Assembly (NCBI GenBank): GCA_009602725.1
Contig: WELB01000028.1
Coordinates: forward strand, 166,598-230,597
DNA length: 64,000 bases
From: Spirogloea muscicola
Taxonomy: Eukaryota
Direction of reading: 5' to 3'
In this document: piece after piece, positions 21,474 through 34,246 of the stretch
Position numbering within the stretch: the stretch's first letter is position 1
How the letters are laid out: every line of letters begins with the position of its first letter
Program-made: the position numbers and the translations under genes
The notes under the pieces: generated by a model
Database searches by the model: none
What the model was told of the DNA's origin: nothing
The model's input: only the letters and a program-made list of their open reading frames with translations

Positions 21474-24335
21474 TCAGCCATGGGCCTGTTTCCACTTGCT
21501 GATGCTTTTGTGCAAGATATCTGGCCGATCAGACACCAATAGGTCTACTCCAAGGGCCAGACAATCCAGCTGCATGAAATGCGAAACATTTGGTGTTGTG
21601 AGCAGCTTGCAGGTATATGTTCTGGCTTTTCAGGTGCTACTACCTAGCATACATACAATGTGACTGAAGGAAGAAGACAACTTATGAATGTGAGCTACTT
21701 GAAAAGTAATGGATTTTGTGAGTCATAAGGAACACCAAAACCATGAGAGTCACCAAGATGTACCTGCCCTTCAGCATTATCCAAGTAATCACCAAAGACA
21801 GCCATCCACCTCTGCACAGAGGCCAACAAGGAAAACTTAGGCATCCACCTCTGCCCACAAGACAACCAGGCAAAACAGTGCTGATTGACAATGTACAATG
21901 TCAGCGAGAATCTTCAAGGCCATTCAGGTAAGGGCTGTCTTCCGAGGTAGGATAGAGAAAAGCATCTTGGCTGCTCGACTGTTTCCAAGATTGTGTTGTT
22001 CACCTTGCGGTCATGGAAAGCCTTGATCATGCCTGGAGTGAGCACCTGAGGGAGCGCTCCACAAATCAACATGTCTTCACTCTACATTTGGGCTTAGCAA
22101 GGAATGGAGTTGACTGATTGCACCTGACTAATATTGCTAGTGTCCTGGCCTAGCAACATCTGTGATAACACTCATTACAATATATGCACGTGAGAAGACA
22201 GCAGTCGAGGATGTAGTGACATCCACATAGCTGAGTCCATACGAGGTGCATGCAGAGCATTCTCACATATTCTGAGCAGGTACAAGTCAAGGCATAGTCT
22301 TGGTTAACTACCTTGAAGCCCCATCTGTGTGCAGTTGTACCAACAATCTCATGCTGCAGAGGTGCAAGCCAGAGAAGGCCTAGAAGGTACATTGCATACC
22401 TGCAGATGACAATGAGCTTCATGTCATCTGCAGATTCACTAGTCCGTTGGACGCATGCTAGTACTTCATGCTCAGCTAAACAGTAGCAACCCCCAGATGC
22501 GGGAAGGGGACACACTCCATGAGATTACTATGGTACAAGATTACCAGCAAGGTCAACAAGATATGAGATGCATCAGCTCTTACAGTCTGCAGCTACTTAA
22601 GCATCTTTAGACTGCTGAAGCAATCAATAAATAGCAGTCAGCATTCTTCTCCATGCAAGGAAAGGCAGAGCGTTTGGGTAGTACAAGAAAACCATTGTGT
22701 TTTTGTCAGGCGTCACAGGTACACAAGGTGGTCTCTGCTTTCTAATCTGGGGCAGCGAAAGAAGCAGAGAATGAGGACTATGAGGCAGGCAGCTTGGGAG
22801 TGCACGCAAGCTAAGTGGGTCATGGTACATTCCGCTTTGAATTGCTGGAGTGCTACTAATGCATGATATGCTAACTCCCCTGCTTAAAGAGATTATTAAG
22901 AAAAAAGTTATGCCTGATCTCTCATCCCTGCATTGAGTGCTGAGCCCTATGTAACTGCAGCTCCAGAAGATGGAGATGTGCCCACGGCTCACCTCAAGGT
23001 TTGCAAGAGTGGGGATAGCCCCACAGATAATTCGTTCTTCCAAGCCAAATTTTTTGACTAACTGCAGCATGCAGATACTCTATAAGTCGTGACACTGGCT
23101 CAATGTCACGGCCTTGACATAACCTCCAAGATAGTCTTGACCAAAGAAACTGCTCTACCACTGATCCTTGCAGATACCTGATCTCTCACCTTAAGAGCAT
23201 CTTCAACAGCATTGGCAGCTTTGAAGTCGAGATACAGCACCAGCTCTTGGCAAGGTGCAAACTCAATCAATACCTGCTGGAACATGCTAGACGTCATGGA
23301 ATAGGAATGTCCTTACAAGGAACAGCTACAAAGAAGATCTTGCTGGCAGGAGCAAGCATTAGCATCAGGAACAATGACCAGCTTGGCCCAACTATCAGGT
23401 TGTAGATAGACTGCACCTCATTCAAAGACGGGATTTGGTGACCTTGGCCTCGGAAAGGGAAAGACTTGCCCGAGTCTGGAGTGAACCAGTATGCTGCATC
23501 TAGCTTCCTGCAGGATCAGTTGCCATTCTGTAGAGTAATTAGACACACTATTTTACTGCTGAGCTACACAAATTTGCAATACTCTATGAGCTTCTATGAT
23601 GCCTTGTTCTGCATATGTCTTTGCATTGTACACGGCTCAGATACTTCCGTGCAACCTGCCTGTTATATACATTAGAATCTATACTTGTCCTTGTCGTTAG
23701 GCATCACCTAAGTTCTTCAAATGCGAGATCAGCTACTAATCCTTTCCCATTGGTAGTGTCATCCACTTGCAGATTGTGCATTATCACCTAGATGAAGAGA
23801 TAAAGGTGTCATCTTGAGATTCTGTCAAGTGACAGTCGCGCACGTGTCTGTCATCAAAAATCAACCACCAGGACAGAGACAAGGAGGGCCAGCAACAGGC
23901 TTACAAGATGTCCATCCTTTGACTTCTGAATGTCAAATTCCAGCATCTGTGTTGTGCATACAGTGCCATTGTCACTGATTGCCTTCACCACGTTGCGAAA
24001 GGCGAGCATTGTGTTCTCTGGCCACAAGCGACTTCCACCTCTGCAGGAAAGATTTCCTAAATGACCTGGTCAGACAGGTTGTTAATAACAAGGCTTGTCT
24101 CAGCAACTTCGTTATGGTTAATATGGTGGATGCATATGGCCAACTCACTATGACTTTTGCAGCCGCACCTGTGACTAGCGTGCACAGGTCGTTTGAGCTT
24201 TGCAAGCACAGGGCTGATAAGCGGGTCAACAGGTGTATCTCGTCGCACGTATTTCTCATAGAAGGGCTTGAAAATGAGTAAGACAGCTCCCAGGCTTCCA
24301 GCCACACTGACAGCAATTGCAGCCGAAGGGTACAT
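21474..24335 (-). CDS. glycerophosphodiester phosphodiesterase family protein with N-terminal TM (GDE4/GDPD1-like features)
   Basis: Spliced HR|GGSRLWPENTMLAF, then MLEFDIQKSKDGHL, VIMHNLQVDDTTNGKG, LDAAYWFTPDSGKSFPFRGQGHQIPSL, YLDFK and LGVDLLVSDRPDIL...AHG*. Start ATG 24335 is inferred. Confidence 0.88.
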
Positions 24336-25569
24336 ATTGGCAGAACTCTACACAGTGGAACAGGTAAGTATCTGTAAGATACAATTGAGAGTTGCTCAGT
24401 AGAGGCTTCCTGCAAGCTTGTGCATCAGAATTGACTTGTTAAACAGATACTGGCTTCAACAGAAGGCAGTAAGCACATTTTGGGCTAGTGGTTCGTCTTG
24501 CCCCTTAATGTCTGAATGTAGGTGTCAGTGCAGAGGCATTGGTGCTGTGTTGTGATAAATCTAAACCTGGGAGCAAAATGCAATGCTTCCATACCTGACT
24601 ACCACGTTCTAGCCATAACACGTTCAAGTCAAATGACTGATACTGCTTACACACAAAGCATGCCAAGACATAACAACAACATGTCGCCCATTGCAACTGA
24701 CCTGCTCAAGTTGCTCGAGAGCAGTAACTGTGCTATGTCCTTCAGGTCCGCACAGGAAGGACAGAGAGAAGGACAATCCTTCCAATCTCAGCACGAACGT
24801 CAACTTTCAACCGCCTGGCCAAGTCAGCCTCTTGTCTCATTGCAAATCCAACGTGGCCAGCGGCCGCTGCTGATGACATGGAGAGCCACACTGGACCGGC
24901 GGCGTTCGCGGCCGCCAACCGGCTCCGTGACTGGCGTGGCAAGTGCTGCTGGCGGCCGCAGGCCGCCGGTGGCAACGACGCTGGCCGGGACGGAGAAATG
25001 AAGAGGAGAGAGACTGTTTAAGTAGAGGGCGATGACTGTCATTGGCATTTCGTTTTCTGAAAAGCTTACCCCAGCCATTGCCTTACATACGATGGCGCTT
25101 CTTTGCCGCTGGCTGGCAACGGCAAGTCAGCACCGGGAAGTGCTCTAGTGATAATGGAGACGATCGTGAATTCTGCGTATCCTTCACTACCAAAACAGAT
25201 TGCAGCCAGGTGACTGACGGGTCACGGTCAGCTGCCGCTATCGGCAAAGCGATCTGCCGTCCACTGCAAACTCCCGTCGCCGCCGCTGCACGCCGCCATC
25301 GCCGCTGCCGCCGCTGCCTGCTTGCCCGACTTCGTGTCTAGCCGCCGGCACTCAACGCCGGCATTCGCCGCAAGATCGAGGGCTGGTTTCCGCGAGCATT
25401 GCAGATATCTTGCAGGCCAGATGCTCTCCTTGTGCAGCTCAATCAGCAGCTTAAGCGCTGCTCGCTGAAGGGCTGGAGTCACCAGGTGTGGCCGCAGTGA
25501 ACGTGAGATACTTGCAGCCATGCTTACAACAGCATATCGACGCTGCTTCAGCCATTGACTTGCCGAAAT

Positions 25570-28500
25570 ATGGAGCTCCTGAAGCCCCTGTACACCAGCT
25601 GGGCGACACCGGTCCTGCTTTTTGCCATCGCTTATGCCTGCGTGTACCTTCCTCATCGCGAGAAAGGGGTGCGGCCTGCACAGCAAGCATACCAGGCAGC
25701 CTTGCCTGCCTGACTGGCGTGTGTAACACAGCTCGAACGCCAACCTGAACATCAACATGCAATCATCGCTGGTCACTGCTGCACCTACTCGTGACTTCCT
25801 TGCCATATCAAGTTTGCCTTGACGCTGCTAATTCTCGTCCTACCTGATCAATACAGCTCCAAGAAGCCTGCAGTCTGTACGATTATGAGCACTATGTGCT
25901 GTATAGCAGGCGGGTTGTGACGCCAAAAGGGATTCAACCTGCTGCAAGTACGTTGTATTTCACCCAATGTACCAGCTGTAAACAGCAAGTACTCCCTTTA
26001 TATAGACGTATTTGTGATATGTACCTAGTACACTGTTGCTGCCAGAGCTGAAAGGCACAGTGCACACCACACTAGGGCTTCTAGCAGGAACAATTGATCA
26101 AGCATATCACGTGCTTGTCTTGGGAGCGATTGTATACGTCACCTTAATCACAAGATGGGGTCTGAATACCATGGCAAAACCTATTTCGCAGGATCAGCTG
26201 CTGCTTAGCTGACCAAGTGCATTGAGGCTTGCAGTTGAGGTCTTGCATGGAAGGATTGCTTCCGTGATAAAGCGACAAGAAGCACCTGTCACTTCAGAGA
26301 AGCTTCCAGTCGTAGATTACGGCAGCCTTGTTATCTCTCCAGGACTTGTTGACATGTAAAGCCATCAGAGCCATCTCATGCCAAATGCACTTTGATCAGG
26401 ATCGGCAGAGCTTGCCATTATTTCCTCACAGAGTCCCCTCAGCTCTTGGACAGCCAGGAAACTTGTGCCGCTTGCATGCTTGTACTTTCTCTAGATCTAA
26501 CAAACATTTGTGTGAATGTCAAAGGAGCCAATAGCGTTGACAGACTTGCTTAAGAGTGCCATTTGTCCATATGTCAAACGTTAAGGGCACTTCAGAAGCT
26601 TACGCGTCAAGGGCACAGCCAATACTGAAGTGTGATGCTTGCTGATTGGGAACTGTGCATCTGTTGCAGTCATGTCCATCTGAATGAGCCAGGTCGCACT
26701 GAGTGGGAAGGATTTGTCTCAGGGACTCGTGCTGCTGCAGCAGGTGGTGGACTCACAAAAGTTGGACAATGTGCATGCGTGGTCCCTCTCCTGCTGTTAG
26801 CTGCTATATTTTGTGATGCCATGCTGGCTTGTGATTGCACGTTTCTGATTATTCAGCTCTGATTCAGATTACACATGGAATGCGGGCTTGAGTTGTCCTC
26901 AAAATGAAATCTGTGCATTTCCTATAGGTGGCATCACAACTTTGGTGGACATGCCCTTAAATAGCATACCAACAACGATCAACAAAGAGGCATTGCTCCT
27001 CAAGGTTTGTGTTTGTTTCTGACCTCAGGCATGGCTTTTCAGACAGTAATAACATGCTCGTGCAAGGGCTTGAGGTGTCCGAGCATTGCCTGGTAATTAC
27101 GAGGGATTTAAGGCAAGAATGAGCTCACAACATCCAGTTATGGATCTTCATTCACAATAGTTGGAAAGATTTCAGTTTTGTAGCATGCTTCAAGTGTCCT
27201 TAGCTATTTGCTTCAGGTCCTTAGCCAACTTTGTTGCTCATTCTTTGGGCTTGATGACAGCTAGCAGCAGCCGAAGGGAAACTAGCGGTTGATGTGGGTA
27301 AGCAACTACGATATTTGTCTGCCAATCTTTGTCGCACGAGTTAGTGCTCGCTGTATATGAGCACGAGATTGGTGCCTGCTTCCAGAGCACCACGATCTAG
27401 CTGTACTTCTTTCGCACGATTGAGCAACATATAGCTGCTATAGTTATCTACAGTGCCTGAGCTGCTCTGGCCTCTCCTTGGCAGGCTTCTGGGGAGGTCT
27501 TGTGACAGAAAATGCATTGGAGCCTGCTGTCTTGGACGACCTGCTTAAAGAAGGTGCTCTTGGTTTGAAGGTAGGCATAGACTGTTCCAGTATGACTGCA
27601 TCTACATAGCCTCCGTCGAGACCTGCATTGCTCAAATATCTCAGCACGTCTGTGTTGTCATTGCCATTGCAGTCTTTCATGTGTCCTTCCGGCATCAATG
27701 ACTTCCCTGACACAAATGCTACTCACTTTGAGGTTAGCCAATTGTTGCTACCCTTGCATTGTTGCTTTCTTAGTGTCGTAGCCATATGCTCTCAAGGTCT
27801 ACGTCCAGCTTGCACAAGACCTCATCGATGCTGATGGATAAATAGTTTATGCTTGCATTTCACTTGTTAAGCTGTTGCATCCTATGAAGTTTAGCAATGC
27901 TTACAGAAGCCATTCTTGCCAGTAGGTAGCCCTGCCAATACTTGCAAAATACGGGCGGCCACTACTTGTCCACGGAGAGCTTGTTCTGCCAATTGTGAAC
28001 AGTGACCATGAGCAGCAAGAAGAAGACCCGCAGAACTATTCCACCTATCTCCGCTCACGACCACCCTCCTGGCAAGCACTGCAATTCTACTCAGAAGCAT
28101 GGATGCTCGAAGCCCTTCTTATGCTGCCAACAGACTTATGCTTCCTACTAGTGGGTTCATCCTGCTTTAGCTACTCGGGCTTGTAGCATGGGATGCGTTA
28201 GTTTCCTTCCAACCTTCTGCAATAAGAAGAGAGCTTTCCAATTGCAGGGAGGAGGCAGCTGTGAGGCATCTGATGCAAGTAGCCAATGAAACTGCACCAG
28301 GCGGCTATGCCGTAGGTGCTCGAGTACATCTGGCACATCTATCCGATCCAAATTGCCTTCCACTGATCGAGGTACTTTGACTTCGTTTCAGAAGGTCGGA
28401 GTTGGATGTAAACTGCATCCAGAGCTCAAAGCATGCACCTACGAGAGTTTGTGAATGAGTGGCAATCGCAATCACTTTCACAATGTCCAGGAAGCCAAGG

Positions 28501-30067
28501 TAGCAGGGGCTGATGTGACAGTTGAGACCTGCCCCCATTACCTCACATTTTCGGCTGAGGAAATTCAAAGAGGCGATACAAGGTTCAAGTGTGCACCACC
28601 AATACGGCCAGCTGCCATGAGAGAGCTTCTGTGGGAAGGATTGCTGGTAACGACCTGAAGCCTCTTTGCTTGCTGGTTTGATAGGCCAATTGGAACATCT
28701 ATCAGCAGGACGGGTGTTGGCATTTACATCCAGCACATATAATCAGTCCTTCCAATGAGTTTACCTAGTCTTATGCAGGTGCTTCTGTGATTGATAATTA
28801 GATTGCAATTGCTTCTGCAGAATGGGCAAATTGATCTTCTCAGCTCTGACCACTCACCAGCTCCACCAGAATTGAAACTGCTAGAGGAAGGCAACTTCCT
28901 ACGGGCCTGGGGAGGCATATCAGGACTTCAGGTGCCCATACTGTGTTGGACACTGAATTTTACTCAGGAGGTAAAAGTGTCAGATAGTCACTACAATATC
29001 GTACAGACATATAAGAAGGAGCATGCTCCTCCGAAATTGGAATGCGTTGAGGATGACTGACAAGGATAATCCAGTAATCCCGACGGTGTGATTGTGTATC
29101 ATATGTTGCTGGGTCTAGTTTGGGCTCTCAGCCACTTGGACAGCCGGCAGCACAAGGGGGGTGACATTTCAGCAACTGGCAGATTGGTGGAGCAGTCGGC
29201 CGGCTGATGTTGCCAACCTGCATCAGAAGGTAATTTGTATGCATCATTCTCATTATGGTTTGCTGAAATAGGAAGCTGCACACGCTGCATCTTGCTACTC
29301 AATGGCACCTCCACTTCGCTCATGGGCAATGTATCAAAAGAATCACGGGCAATGTATCAAAAATTTATTGAAGTAGTGGGACATCCTCTAGGCTGCAACA
29401 CTTGCCCCTACACAGCCACGAGGGCTATCTTTGTCCCCTTAGCATGTCCTCGCTTCTCATTCAATTTTGACTGGCCTTGTTGACATACAACTCCTCCCTT
29501 ATCTTGTAATCAGTTCCTTAAGATTCTTAGCCTGGACTGGATTCTCTGCCCTTGGCAACATCTCAGCTTACTTGCAGCATGTAAAGATTGACATGTTCAG
29601 AAAAGCTGTGCATCTCATTCATGCTTGTCTTATACAACATCTGTCCCCCTTTGCCAGGGCCACATTGAGAACGGTAGGGATGCTGATTTTGTTGTGTGGG
29701 ATCCAGATGCTTCGTTCACTCTGAACGAAAGCTTCCCCATCTTTCACAAACACAAGGTATGAATCAGCCTGCACTTGTGGCCCATCCAGCTTGACATATG
29801 ACGGGCTAAGATGAAAATAGGTTTGGAAGAGTATGCACAGTCTTAGCTTGCCAGAGTAGTGGCATCAAACTACCTCCTAGTTATATCCAAAGTGCTGTTG
29901 CCCTCAGTCATCAGGCCCAACCTGTGATGTTGCTGGTGTAGATGACGCCGTACTCAGGACATGTCTTCCATGGAAGGGTAATATGTACATTTGTACGTGG
30001 GCACATGGTTTTTGCGAACGGCACTCACGCCAAGAGGCCGTGCGGCAAGGTGATCCTAGCACATTAG
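25570..30067 (+). CDS. ALN: allantoinase, multi-exon, with N-terminal signal anchor
   Basis: [97 protein letters not shown], ending CGKVILAH*. Confidence 0.95.
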
Positions 30068-31077
30068 ACCTCGAGCACTGTGGTGTAAAGCTGCTGGTAA
30101 TGATGTTGCACTTGATGGTGCTTGACTGCAAGCCTTATGTACATAGGTAGCATACGTGACAACCTTGGCTTAAAGCGCTTACGTGTGCAAGGTAGTGTCC
30201 ATAGGTAGTCTCCATCATTCTTTGTATTACTGCTGTAGACAAGTTATCAAAGTAGCAGCAATCATTTGGGGCAAAGGATGTATTCTATTTTGGGGCGAAG
30301 TACGTAGTCTAGACCATGTAAGCATGGCCTGAAGGGACTTCTGGTGATCTATTTGCCCATTTCCACTAGTCTCTGTAACATGCCATGTTGCGCACATTTG
30401 CTGCAAGCTTATCCTCTATCAGCAAGCAGTATCGGCAGTATGTCCTTGAAAACGAGGTGACTAGCAAAAGAGGTGACCAGGAATGATGATATGTCCGGGC
30501 AAGAGCTACCGAGGAAGCGATAAATACGAGGCATGACTTCAGCTGTCAGAAAGGGTCGTCCTAAAGTAGCAAGGTCAGCCCCGTCATGCACCAGCATGTT
30601 CTCTTACGATGGTGCAAACGGGCATACATCTTCTTTAGGCCACGATGTCCAGCCCTTGTTACTTCTGTTTGGGCCAGCCCTTCGTACCTGCAGCTCCCTG
30701 TACTCAATCTCGGCTTGTCTTAAGGCATCTCTTCCTTGCGGGCTCTCTACAGCTGCCGTTTCCTTTGGGGTGGTCCTTGGTCAACAGCACACACAACCTC
30801 GCTATATCGAACCTCGTGGCGCAGCTCGGGGCTGCACTCCAAGGAAACCACCGTCAGCTAACCGTGCAGCTGGGCAGTGCTACCCCCTGCCTTTCTCTGC
30901 CCAACCACGGCCGGAACGCAACCGTCGGATGGAGCGGCGGCCAAGCGGGGGACCGGATCGATCGGCTAGGAGGCCCCCTGTCCCGGCGCACGGGCCCCCG
31001 GGGGTTTTGGGGGGCCGGGGGCCTGGGCGGGGTTTAACTACTCCTCAAACCCCGAGCCCTCGTCGCCGCCGCGGCCT

Positions 31078-31119
<42 letters not shown>
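31078..31119 (+). repeat. (CCG)~14 microsatellite in the RPS24 leader; similar GCC/GGC runs precede most genes here
   Basis: Read directly. Others at ~5495, ~10330, ~10655, ~38075, ~43566 and ~49347. Confidence 0.95.
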
Positions 31120-31122
<3 letters not shown>

Positions 31123-31240
31123 GGATTTGCGGGCTTCACAGCGCAGTGCAGCGAAGGGCAGTGTCTTAGGGGTCTCCTGCAGCTTCGGATCCAGCAGAAG
31201 CGGCGGCGGCGGCGGTGGCGGCCTTGGCAGCGGCGGCGCC

Positions 31241-32486
31241 ATGGCGGACGCCAAGGCGTGCACCGTGCGGACGCGCAAGTTCATGACCAACCGCCTGCTC
31301 TCGCGACGGCAATTCGTGAGCGCCCTCCGACCCGTCGCCGCCGCCGCCGCCGCCGTCCAGCCGACACCTCCGCCGTGTCCCGTCGCAGCGCCAGCTTCCG
31401 AGCCTCCACTGGGCGCACGGCACTGATGGTCGCTCCTCTGCGCGCGCCCCGCAGATCATTGACGTGCTTCATCCGGGGCGGCCGAACGTCTCCAAGGTCA
31501 GACTCAGCATACACGCCACGTCAAGTCTGTACATCCAGTCGTTGCCGAGGTCGTTCACGCGCTGTGGCTGGCCCTCGGCCGTTGGCACTCACTGTCGTCT
31601 CTTGACTGCGCCGCTGTGGCGCCTTGGCTTCCCACCCTCTTCCCGAGGACTTGGTGGTGGGCTTGCCAACTTGAAGCCGCCTGTCAACACCTCTCATGCT
31701 TTCCCTTGCCCCCCCCCAAAACCCACTGGGCAGGCCGAGCTCAAGGAGAAGCTGCAGAAGCTGTACGATGTGCGGGACGTGCAGACCATCTTTGTGTTTG
31801 GCTTCCGCACGCAATTCGGTGGTGGGAAGTCGACGGGCTTTGGCCTCATCTACGACAGCCTGGAGACGGCGAAGAAGTTCGAGCCCAAGTATCGGCTCAT
31901 CCGGGTGCGCTTGGCTGCTGACCTTGTCGCACTGGCTTTCACCGCACTGCTTGTGTGAAGCTGTCAGCTCGTCATACCTTGGATATATGGGGCAGCTCTC
32001 TCACATGATGAAAGGGTGTTGCTTTCCCGCATGCAGAACGGGCTTGCTACAAAGGTTGAGAAGTCCAGAAAGCAGATCAAGGAGCGGAAAAACCGCACAA
32101 AGAAGATCAGGGGAACTAAGAAGGTATGCCAGTCTCCAGGCCTTCTTCACCTGCTTGCGTTCAATGGCTAGGGCGATGAGCACCGCAGTTCCTTGCATAG
32201 GGCCCGCAACCTCGCTGCTCGTGAGGCTTCTCTGGTCACAATCTCACAGGGAGCTTAGCTACTCTGTGGAAGTCTGGCCAAGCAGACAGAATTGGCCTTG
32301 CTTCTCACAGTGCTGAGCAGCAGTTCAAAGCTCTCTCCCTCTCTCTCTCTTCCCGTCCCTCCCTCCCTCCCTCCCTCCCCATCTCCCCCTGCCCGGTGTC
32401 TGTTCGTGTAACACTTACTTGTACTGCTGTCTCCTGTGTCCCTTCAGGCTAAGGGAGCTGGTGAGGCAGCCAAGAAGAAGAAGTAG
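31241..32486 (+). CDS. RPS24: 40S ribosomal protein S24 (eS24), 5 exons
   Basis: Exons 31241-31315, 31455-31496, 31734-31904, 32037-32123 and 32448-32486. Motifs [50 protein letters not shown]. Confidence 0.98.
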
Positions 32487-32935
32487 AGGAGCTAGCTGTC
32501 GAACAGTGCCGCCATGCATTACTTGTCTGATTCGGCCCTCTCTTTTGCCAGAAGTACTCAGGTGCACCACTTTGAAGCAGGTTTTGCTACAAATGGCGAG
32601 CTTGAGGTCAAGCTCAGAGCATCTTGGTGCTATTAAGAAAGCTTTCTATCGCATGTCCTACTGAAATATAAGGGTATTTGGTCAGCATGAAAGGCAATGC
32701 TTCATGTTCAGTGAAACTCAGCTCCTTTTGGAGCCGGTGTTGCCTGCAACTTAATGTGAAAAGTCTGTCCAGGATGAGATGTTGGATACTCAATGAATTG
32801 TGCTGGCTGAAGCCCTTCTTGATTCTACTAGGCATTGCCAACTCTCAGGTTGACATGTCTGAGAGCATTGTCACACCATGACAGGCGCGTGTTTTTGTTG
32901 CCTAGACCACATACATTAAGAGAGCTTCATGATTT

Positions 32936-32996
32936 GAAGCGGTGGCTGTGAAGGCCAGCCCGAAAAGAATGGACAAGGTCTTGGGAGAAGCCACTG
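32936..32996. repeat. two abutting short CRE-like 3' fragments between the convergent RPS24 and PABP genes
   Basis: ggtggctgtgaaggccagcccgaaaagaatggacaagg (-) followed by ttgggagaagccact (+). Confidence 0.65.
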
Positions 32997-33293
32997 TGCT
33001 AGTGACAGGACAATGCAAACCACTTAGCAGACCAAATGGCTATCACAGATAGTAGTCAGTAAGCGCGAGTCAACAGCCGCTAATAGCAATAACTAACGAG
33101 TAGCAGCAGGAATGAGAAAGCAGCAGGAGGTGAGTTGCCCATATTGCGTACTCAGGCGGGCGACTATTATATACAATCACATCGCTCGGCTGTCTGGCCC
33201 AATCGGCTGTGAGCACTTGACTTTGGGCAACTGAGCCATCATCGCTACTCAGTCGCTGCCACTCCCTTGCAGCTTGTCATTGAGTCAGCAGCA
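32997..33293 (-). mobile_element. possible solo LTR (~297 bp)
   Basis: TGCTAGTGAC...GTCAGCAGCA gives TG..CA ends with an 8/10 inverted repeat. Internal TATATAA followed by a CT-rich tract on the minus strand. No TSD found. Confidence 0.3.
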
Positions 33294-34246
33294 CTTGACC
33301 TCCAAATAAAATACTGCTAGAGGCATGCTACCTATAGCTTACTTCCTCTATGGCACTCCACAGTCAGGTCGCATGACCTGGGCATAGCTGAATTGGCTGT
33401 ATGAGTGGAGTGGCAAGCTGTACGATGATCGTTCAGACGAAGTTCTCAACACTGATTGCAGTAGACATTCGCTCCGACAGGTATAGGGCGGGAAGCCTTT
33501 CGTTGGATACGAGGTTCGTTCTAAAAGCTTCACTCCGCATTATTCGTCAGTCGTTGATTCGGAGATTGATCTGAGGTATCCGCGTGTTCATCCAAGCCAG
33601 CAGGGTCAGTCAAGAACAAAAGAACCAAATGCGGGATGTCACAATCACATAGCAACATTTGATCCAGGCCACCATTAAGGATGTGGTCACCACTGATGGC
33701 CTCTTTGGTGAAAAGGCTGCTGCTGACCCTTCGGTCATGCAGGACAAGCATAAAACTCACAACATGAAAAATTAAACATCTGAAAGCTTTAGAAAGGCGC
33801 AGAGGGACAGATCAACAAGAACGCTAGTAAAAATAGTATGGTTAAGATGAAGTATTTTGGTGACAAACTTTGAGGTATTGCTGCAGTAACACTAATGCCA
33901 ACAGTGTAGTCCTAAGGAGAATGATAGGAACAACTCCTGCCTATATGGAAGAACCCCACAGAGCAGTTTGCAGCGTAGGGCACAGTTGATGCAGAAGAGG
34001 CAGCTCTGAAGCCCAAATGCAGGCATTCTGCCAAGTATGCCCTACTAAATTAAACTAGTGCAACCTGCTCTAGCAAGTGGGGAACGCCCAGAAGGCACGC
34101 GTACTCCCAGCTCAAGAAAACATCCACCGAAGAAACAAGAAAAGGAAACTCTTATACGCTCCTAAGCAGCTGGTCCCAGCTCCCAAAATTCCTGCTCCAG
34201 CTGAGGCTGAAATCCTCCAACCAAGCCCCGCACTGGTTCCCGATCC

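Noticed and set aside
30400..30790. Minus-strand exon-like piece (DALRQAEIEYRELQ|gt) divergent from RPS24
   Set aside because: No start codon, no consistent further exons and no recognisable homology.
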